Source: Naegleria gruberi (taxonomy: Eukaryota). From it: 64,000 nt of DNA. Position numbers and translations under genes: made by a program. The notes under the pieces are model-generated. The model was not told where the DNA came from, did no database searches, and saw only the letters and a program-made list of their open reading frames with translations. The DNA is taken from assembly GCA_000004985.1 (NCBI GenBank), contig GG738858.1. One strand, 5' to 3'. Below are positions 57,156 through 64,000 of the stretch, piece after piece. Position 1 is the stretch's first letter. Each line of letters begins with the position of its first letter.

Positions 57156-59541
57156 ATGAGTGCAAACGTTCCAAGAGAAATTCTCAAGTGGATGCAATCA
57201 TTGGACTTGTCGTATTCGATAAAGAATATGAGAAGAGATTTTTCAAATGGTTTTCTTATAGCAGAAATTATTTCTCGATATTTTTCTCAAGAGGTTGAAA
57301 TGCACAGCTTTGATATCGGTGTTGGAGTTAAGGCTAAAATGGATAATTGGCAATTATTAGAAAAATTCTTTAGAAAACATGGACTAAATATTTCAAGAAA
57401 AGTTATTGATGATTTAATTGCATGTAGACCAAATTCTCTGAATGTTGTTTTGGAAGAAGTTTATACATTTCTCACAGAAAAGAGGTAAGTTTTCAGTAAT
57501 AAGAATTTCTTGATCCGAATTTAAAACCAGTGTCAAGAAGGCTAAACCAATCAGACTTCCTACAGTTAATGTACCTAATTTTGCTAAACCAACAGTCTCT
57601 AAAACTAATAAGGATGATGGAAGAGCAGCTGTTTCAAGTTTTGTCATGTCAAAGAGAAATCAAATTTCATCAGCTAAAGGAAATTCATCTAACAATAATA
57701 CTAATAATGAAATACCTTCATTGGAAATTACATTTAGAGATAGTAAATCATCAAGTACTCAACGTTCTAAATCATCAAATCAACAACAACAAATGGCCGC
57801 CACTGCATTATTAGCAAATATTTTCATTGATATGAATGATATTATTGAGGCAGCATCATGTAATGAATCGGATATCATTTCAGAGTATAGATTGGACAGA
57901 GGAAATTTAATTGCATCATTTTTGGAGAAGATTAATTCAATTCCTGTTGAACATTCTGAAGGAATTCTTAATAGTATAAAGGAAAGGATTCCTCTCTATT
58001 CTGAAATGATGTCAGCTCAACCAAAAGATTTTTGGAAGTTTATGAACATTTTCATTCCAGCTGTAAGAAATTCATCTGCAACTGTGTTTCAAATATTGTG
58101 CTCTATTTTAATAACATTGGGTATTGAAATGGTATCGAGAGATCCTGAATCAACTTGGGAAGCTGTTGAAGATTTTGCATTGGATAAATTTGTTGAAACA
58201 ATTTCAACTCAAGCAAGTAAGAGAGAAGAAATTGTTCAAATTGTTTACAGTTTTACAACATCAGATTTCCACACCCATAAGAGAGTGATTTCAAAGTTAG
58301 TTGAAAAATGCTCTAAATACGAGTCACATTTAATAATTCATATCCTAGCTCTTTTGGTAAGACATGAGTCATCTCTTTTAACAATATATGATTCAGGAAA
58401 TGGACCAATTTTCAATGATGATCAAGTTGACTTTTTCGAAGTATACATGAATCATGCTATTAGTGGATTGAGTAATCCATCTCCAAAAGTTAGAGCTTCA
58501 AGTTTATCCATTGTTCATACATTATTATCATATGACGATATTACATTTGATAATAAGAATGAAACAAAATCTAAGAGAGATAATAGTGAAAGTGAAGTCA
58601 ACTTTTCCAATCAACCTTTATTATACATTATGGAAAATTTATGGTCCCAAAGTATTGAACCATTGGAAAATGATAATTGGTGGGAAGTAACAGCTCAATT
58701 AATTGTTTTAACCTCTAAGTGTTTGACACAAGTCAAAAAATTATACATGGTAGATAATATACAAGAGCATGAAGACATCTTGATAGCGTTCTTAGAAAGA
58801 CTGTTAGCTAGAGAATTGAGCTCAACATTGAAGAGTATCATTCTCTCATATGTTAGCTCTCATCTTAAAACATATAGTGACAGATTAACATCTGTTTACC
58901 TTGACATTCTCTTCTCTATAACAGAAGAAGAAAGAGTTGCACTTTTGGAACAACCTTCAAATCATGTTGAATTATTACAAGTTGGAAATAGTCAATACAA
59001 GTTCCCAATCATGAGTATACCATTTGAATGGGACAGTTTAACGGTTGCAAAGGTAGTTTCTGATCAAGTTGTAAATCTAGATCACTTGGAAGTTGAACAT
59101 TACGATGTATTGAATGCTTGTATATCTATAGCACAATTAGATCAACCTGAAGATGATAAGACATTTAAGGATTCATGTCCATCTGAATGGTTGGAGATTT
59201 ATGATCGTCTTCAAAATCACTTCTTTGTTGGATTGGTTGATGAAGAATTGTGCGAGATGGCTGCACAGTTGATAGTTAAATTCTTCTCAGTTTTGAAAAA
59301 GGAAGTTGTTAAATCAATGGCTGCCCAACTTGTTAACTCTATTGAAATAATCTATGGAGGTAACCAATTTGCACACCAACAAGCCATTTTTTCTCAGTTC
59401 TTAATAGACGTCTACTCTTTGGGAAGTCCATTCAGTCAACCATTAATGAAGCTTGCCAGTTCACTCATGGAACAATCGCATCTAACAACAAATCAACATT
59501 TAGGAAAGTTTGTATCCTTTGTGAGGAATAACATGATGTAA
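57156..59541 (+). CDS. Protein with an N-terminal SPEF1/CLAMP-type calponin-homology-like domain (PF06294/DUF1042 type) followed by a ~630-aa helical-repeat region; exon 1 57156..57484, intron starting at the GTAAGT donor 57485, exon 2 ending 59541 (acceptor uncertain; 57531, 57555, 57624 and 57639 are in-frame candidates)
   Basis: Exon 1 EILKWMQSLDLSYSIKNMRRDFSNGFLIAEIISRYFSQEVEMHSFD...ISRKVIDDLIACRPNSLNVVLEEVYTFLTEK aligns closely with SPEF1 N-termini (RDFSDGVLVAEVIKFYFPKMVEMHNY...CAPGVVELVL). A canonical AG|GTAAGT donor follows directly. The downstream frame (supplied ORF 57646..59541) is open upstream of its Met back to 57514. This supports joining the two. Confidence 0.6.
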
Positions 59542-60643
59542 ATTCATTGTAAATAAAAACAATAAAAACCAAACAAGGTTTAGAAAGTAATACAATGGAA
59601 AAGCATTTCTTAATAAGTCATCATTAATAATTGCCCAAATAAGGACATTTTAGGTTATCACTCTATTAATTTTCGCATTTTACTTTCAAAACCTAAATTT
59701 GATCTTTAAAATCCAAAAATTAAGCAAAGATCCCTTCACCTTACAAGAATGGTAATGCTAGTCCCACACGGTAATATGACCTTAAATTACAGTAGCCAAA
59801 TTAGTCAACTATTAAAAAATTGAGAAAAGATCGGATGGCCCCACTATTCAAAACTGTTTTAAGGATTGATCAATGCATTCACAAGCCTTTTAGGATGCCC
59901 AACTATTTAAACAGTCCAAACACACCACAAGGTTTCCTCAATAGCAACACAGTGTGCACCATTCAACAACTAACAACAACGACTTTAGTAATTGCAGTGG
60001 ATACCCTAAGGTTTACTGATTCTCTACACTATGGAGGTGATTACTCTTAGAAAAATTAACAACACTCAACACACTACTGTTGTTGAATTTAATACACAGA
60101 TACGTTGTGTGTATTCTCCACTTTAACAATATCATCATCAAGATTGGCATCATTTACATTGTTTATCTAATAAGAGTATATTGAATACTAAAATCGATTA
60201 TTACCTATAAAGTATATTAAGGACCAGATTCAACTCAAAAATATATTGTTCTTACTCCCATAAATAATTCTAAGCGTTGAACCTGTCTAAATATAATAGC
60301 CATCAACATCATTTAACTGTTTAGCTATTTAACTACAATACATAAATTCTAGTAAAATAGTAAACTCATCCGAATATTTCATCAGAGTTTACTAATCCTC
60401 TCAAAGCGAATCCTATCCCACACTTGTCAAGATAGATAACACGAGTGCGTGCTTTGTGAATCATCTAGGAACAATTAAGGCAACGCAACAAACTAATAGC
60501 AACATAATTACCTTGTGTGTTCTTGGCGCGCGCAACTTCCTCTGATATCTACAAACAAGGCTTATTCTCTCATTCAAACCCTCAACAAACGCATTGTTGG
60601 TTTTCGTTGGAATAATAACATACATTTATATAATTATTGAAAA

Positions 60644-63356
60644 ATGAGTCGAGTCACACCACTATCACCCTCACAGCAGAGTCAAATAACGCCCTCAACA
60701 ACGACATTATCCTTTAAATCTTCGGATTCTAAGGGTCAACAGATGAATAATTCTGCTAGTACAATTCAAATATTAAATTCAAGACCAATATCAGCATCAG
60801 GTACGCAAAGAAGTAATTCACTTTTTGATGAAACTTACATTACTTCAAACTCTGAATTTGAAGCGGAGAGAATTGATAAACAAATGCCAGTCATGATGAG
60901 ATTAGAATCAGCAGTATTTGAGCCTAAGAAGAATACTTATGATCCAAATCAATTTTCATCAAGTACTTTAAATTTAAATTCTAAAAGTGAAACTAATCTA
61001 TCAACTATGGCTTTAAATGATCCAACTCCATCTGAAACAGGTAGCATTTATTCATTAGCTTCAAGTCCAAGAAGTTTTTATTTTAGTTTTAGATGTTCTT
61101 TATTATGTTCAATGTTTTTTTTAATTATTTCACCAATTTTATTATTATTAGCAATTTCCATAACCTTTTCTTTATTAACTTCAGTTGAAGTTGAAAAACA
61201 AGTTGTTTTATTATCTTTATATAGAGCTGAATTATATGTTTCTGATTTTTTAGATCTAGGAAGGAAATTAACAGTTTTACAAAAACAAATGATTACTGAT
61301 AATTATTATTCCAAGTTTGAAACTGATGATTATTTCAACACTTTTAATAATTACAAATCAATTTTAAAATCACTTGCTGCAGTTCACAAACATAATAAGG
61401 CTTCTTTCTTTTTATTTGATTTTACTTCTCGCAATGCTGATTACATTTATGTAAATACAAAACAAACCGAAACAAGAATTTGGAATTCCAAATTATATGA
61501 TAATCAACAAGAATATTATTACATGTCAAATATTGAATCTTTACCATATTCCAACATTACTAAATATAACTTGACGAAGGATTTAAAATTTGATGTTATT
61601 GGATATATTGAACAAGAATTTTGGAATCCGTTCGCAGAAACATATTTTAAATTATCACAATCGTATGATAAAGCTCTTGTACCAATGTCAGTACAAACAC
61701 AAGGTGCTGACAGTGTTGAAGAACGAGTTTACATTTGTTATCAGGAGAATGTCTATTCTCAAATTAATGAAACAAAATTCCTAGGCGTTACAAGTGCAAA
61801 TGTTGTGGTGAGAGAATTGGCTTCCTTTATTAAGAATTATCATGTTTCAGCAAGAGGTTTTGCACTTGTTGTAGAAATGAATTATGATCAAGAATCAAAT
61901 ACATTGAAAAAGAGAATGGTTGCCTATAAAGATTATAATCAATTGGCAAAGAAAGATCCAGAAAGTACAGGTGGTTATAAAATACCAGACGCAGAAGAAA
62001 TTGAAGATTTGTTTTTAAGATTTGTTATCACACAGATTATACCTAATAATGTTCATGATGTGAATATCAAATCAGAAGAATTGTTTAGATTCATGTATGG
62101 AGGTGAATCTTATTTAATGGCTTTTAAGATTGTTTCATCTTCAAAAGATTTAAACATGCAATGGTTGACTATTATTTGTGCTCCTGAAATTGGTATGTTT
62201 TTTTATTATCAAAAATTGAATCATATTTGAAATGTATATTGTTGAATTGTGTAATATAGATTTTATTGGTAATTTACTTTTATTAACAGGTCTTAATATT
62301 GGTGTTAGTATATTAGCATTCTGTTTTTCAATGGTATTTGTATTCTATTTTGCCTCTTCAATTTCTAAACCATTATTATATTTCTCATCTGAGAGTAAAG
62401 CCATTTCAAATCTTAAAGTACATCGTGGAGGAATTATCAAGACTAGAATTCGTGAAATTTTACTTTTATCTGAAGCTTTTGAAAAGATGAAGACAACATT
62501 GAGATCATTTATGAGATTTGTTCCTCGTCAATTAATTGTGGAAATGGTAGAAAAGGGAATTGAAATGAAATTAGGTGGTCATATTCATGAAAATATTACA
62601 ATTTTATTTTCAGATGTTGAAGACTTTACAACATGGAGTGAAAAATTAGAACCACAATTTTTAATTAGACATGTTTCTGAATATTTCCATGTCATGACAG
62701 AAGAAATTGTGAATGAAGAAGGTACACTTGATAAATATATAGGTGATGCAGTAATGGCATTCTGGGGAGCTCCTAATTTTATGTATGACACTTCAATGAG
62801 AGCTTGTAGAGCTGCTATTAAATGTCAAGAAAGAATGGACAAGTTGAGAAAAATATGGGAGAAACAAAACAAACCTTTATTTAAATGTAGAATTGGATTA
62901 CATACTGGTTCATGTATTATTGGTAATATTGGTTCTTTATGGAGATTAAATTATACTGCTTTGGGTGATTCTGTTAATTTAGCATCAAGATTGGAAGGTC
63001 AAAATAAGTTTTATGGAACTGAAATTTTAATTAGTCAAGATACTTATAAGAATGTTGCTAGTAGTTTTAATTGTAGAAGAATTGATACAGTTGGTGTAAA
63101 GGGTAAATCGGTTGGTATTACTATTTATGAATTAATTTCAAGAAAGGAAGAAACTATACCAAATCCTAAAATTGAAACACGTTTGAAATTAACTCCAATT
63201 TATGAATCTGCACTTGCTGAATATCAATTAGGAAGATTTACTGAAGCACTTAAATTGTTAATGACAAGATGTCAAGATATTGATTGTAATGACTTGGCTA
63301 CTCAAACGTTAATTGATAGATGTAAAGAATACATTCAATATCCACCATATAATTGA
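60644..63356 (+). CDS. acgA: Receptor-type class III adenylyl cyclase with extracellular sensor domain between two hydrophobic segments (ACG-like, ~870-880 aa); exon 1 60644..62192, intron from the GTATGT donor at 62193, exon 2 from 62260 or 62290 (both acceptors in frame) to 63356
   Basis: Exon 1 has a Ser/Thr-rich N-terminus, a hydrophobic segment FYFSFRCSLLCSMFFLIISPILLLLAISITFSLL, then a ~330-aa presumably extracellular domain. Exon 2 has a second hydrophobic segment LNIGVSILAFCFSMVFVFYFASS, a cyclase transducer-like linker (FVPRQLIVEMVEKG) and a complete catalytic domain with metal-binding Asp (ILFSDVEDFT, YIGDAVMAF), purine-selecting Lys (DKYIGD) and the transition-state Asn/Arg (GDSVNLASRLEG). 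Confidence 0.7.
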
Positions 63357-63556
63357 ATGAAAAGTAAAAATATGTTCAATTTCTATGATAATCAATCTCT
63401 AGGTCAATACTTGTGAGATTACAATTAATTTCGGGCTTTACCTCGCTAGAAAGTGATCCGAGTTAACACAGTAAAAAATGATTTCCAATTCATCTCCAAT
63501 TTATTACAGCAAAATAAGCGTTCCACACTATTGAGAAAAAGCCTTGATCAAAAAAA

Positions 63557-64000
63557 ATGTCAACAACAACAACAATTAACAATATGGAAGTTAGCAAAAC
63601 TGCCCGCACTGTAATGATTGTTTGTATGCTATTGATGGGTATGACACTCATTCATGGCGCAACAACAGCCATTCAACTTAAAAGTTCAGGTGATACTGTG
63701 ACTGGATCCGTCAGCAAGGGAATTATGAATATGTATTATATTAATGTTGATAGTGTTAGTTCAATGTCTGTCCAATTCACCAACACTTATTCATCATCAT
63801 CTGTTAATGTTTATATCAAAGCTAATCAACCACCAACTACCTATAATTATGATAGTATTATTACCTATCCAGGTGTTTCAAAGAGTATTATTACATTGAA
63901 GAATTCAACTCTCACTCAACCATATTATATTGGTGTTTATGGTCTTGGTAGTTCTACTAATTATTATACTTTACAAGTTAGTGTCATCTCTGGACAAGAT
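63557..64000 (+). CDS. 5' part of a gene for a secreted protein (signal peptide + Ser/Thr/Tyr-rich beta-type domain), truncated by the window end
   Basis: aaaaaaATG at 63557. Hand translation: MSTTTTINNMEVSKTARTVMIVCMLLMGMTLIHGATTAIQLKSSGDTVTGSVSKGIMNMYYINVDSVSSMSVQFTNTYSSSSVNVYIKANQPPTTYNYDSIITYPGVSKSIITLKNSTLTQPYYIGVYGLGSSTNYYTLQVSVISGQD... The frame stays open to the last base. Confidence 0.55.
   Translation, partial: MSTTTTINNMEVSKTARTVMIVCMLLMGMTLIHGATTAIQLKSSGDTVTGSVSKGIMNMYYINVDSVSSMSVQFTNTYSSSSVNVYIKANQPPTTYNYDSIITYPGVSKSIITLKNSTLTQPYYIGVYGLGSSTNYYTLQVSVISGQD

Noticed and set aside
62193-62289. Treating 60644..62230 and 62232..63356 as two separate genes
   Set aside because: A GTATGT donor sits at 62193 and two in-frame AG acceptors lie 67 and 97 nt downstream. 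The second ORF supplies the TM segment and catalytic domain that the first lacks. This is one gene with one intron.
38307-64000. Prokaryotic-style features (RBS, operons, terminators, defence islands)
   Set aside because: The sequence has spliceosomal introns with GTAAGT/GTATGT donors, poly-Asn proteins, a CAAX GTPase, SRP72 and a cullin. It is eukaryotic nuclear DNA, so bacterial feature classes do not apply.

Overview
Only 38307..64000 (~25.7 kb) of this window is real sequence; positions 1..38306 are one uninterrupted N-run (a sized scaffold gap). The readable part looks like a nuclear locus of a social amoeba (Dictyostelium-like). Coding DNA is extremely AT-rich with poly-Asn/Gln/Ser tracts, start codons sit in A-runs (aaaaATG), and introns are short, AT-rich and begin GTAAGT/GTATGT. 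It is not a prokaryotic window, and I found no operon, CRISPR array, rRNA or convincing tRNA. The region is gene-dense, with about 15 genes on both strands: a tandem pair of dual-specificity phosphatase genes, a cyclophilin A gene, an HGH1-like ARM protein, SRP72, a Rac-type small GTPase with a CAAX box, a cullin, a protein with a SPEF1/CLAMP-type CH_2 domain, a receptor-type class III adenylyl cyclase (ACG-like, single catalytic domain), and several low-complexity hypothetical genes. The assembly is clearly draft quality. It has four internal N gaps, an untrimmed pUC polylinker fragment next to one gap, three single-base-type frame disruptions in SRP72, and what looks like a collapsed trinucleotide repeat. 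The main hunt results are: (i) a head-to-tail DUSP gene duplication (period 1679 bp) directly abutting the 38-kb gap, with a sharp identity boundary that suggests gene conversion; (ii) the assembly artefacts above; (iii) the ACG-type sensor cyclase; (iv) a CH_2/DUF1042 protein in an organism without cilia; (v) GC-enriched, ORF-free islands that are unusual for this genome type. I see no evidence for a novel multi-gene biological system here.
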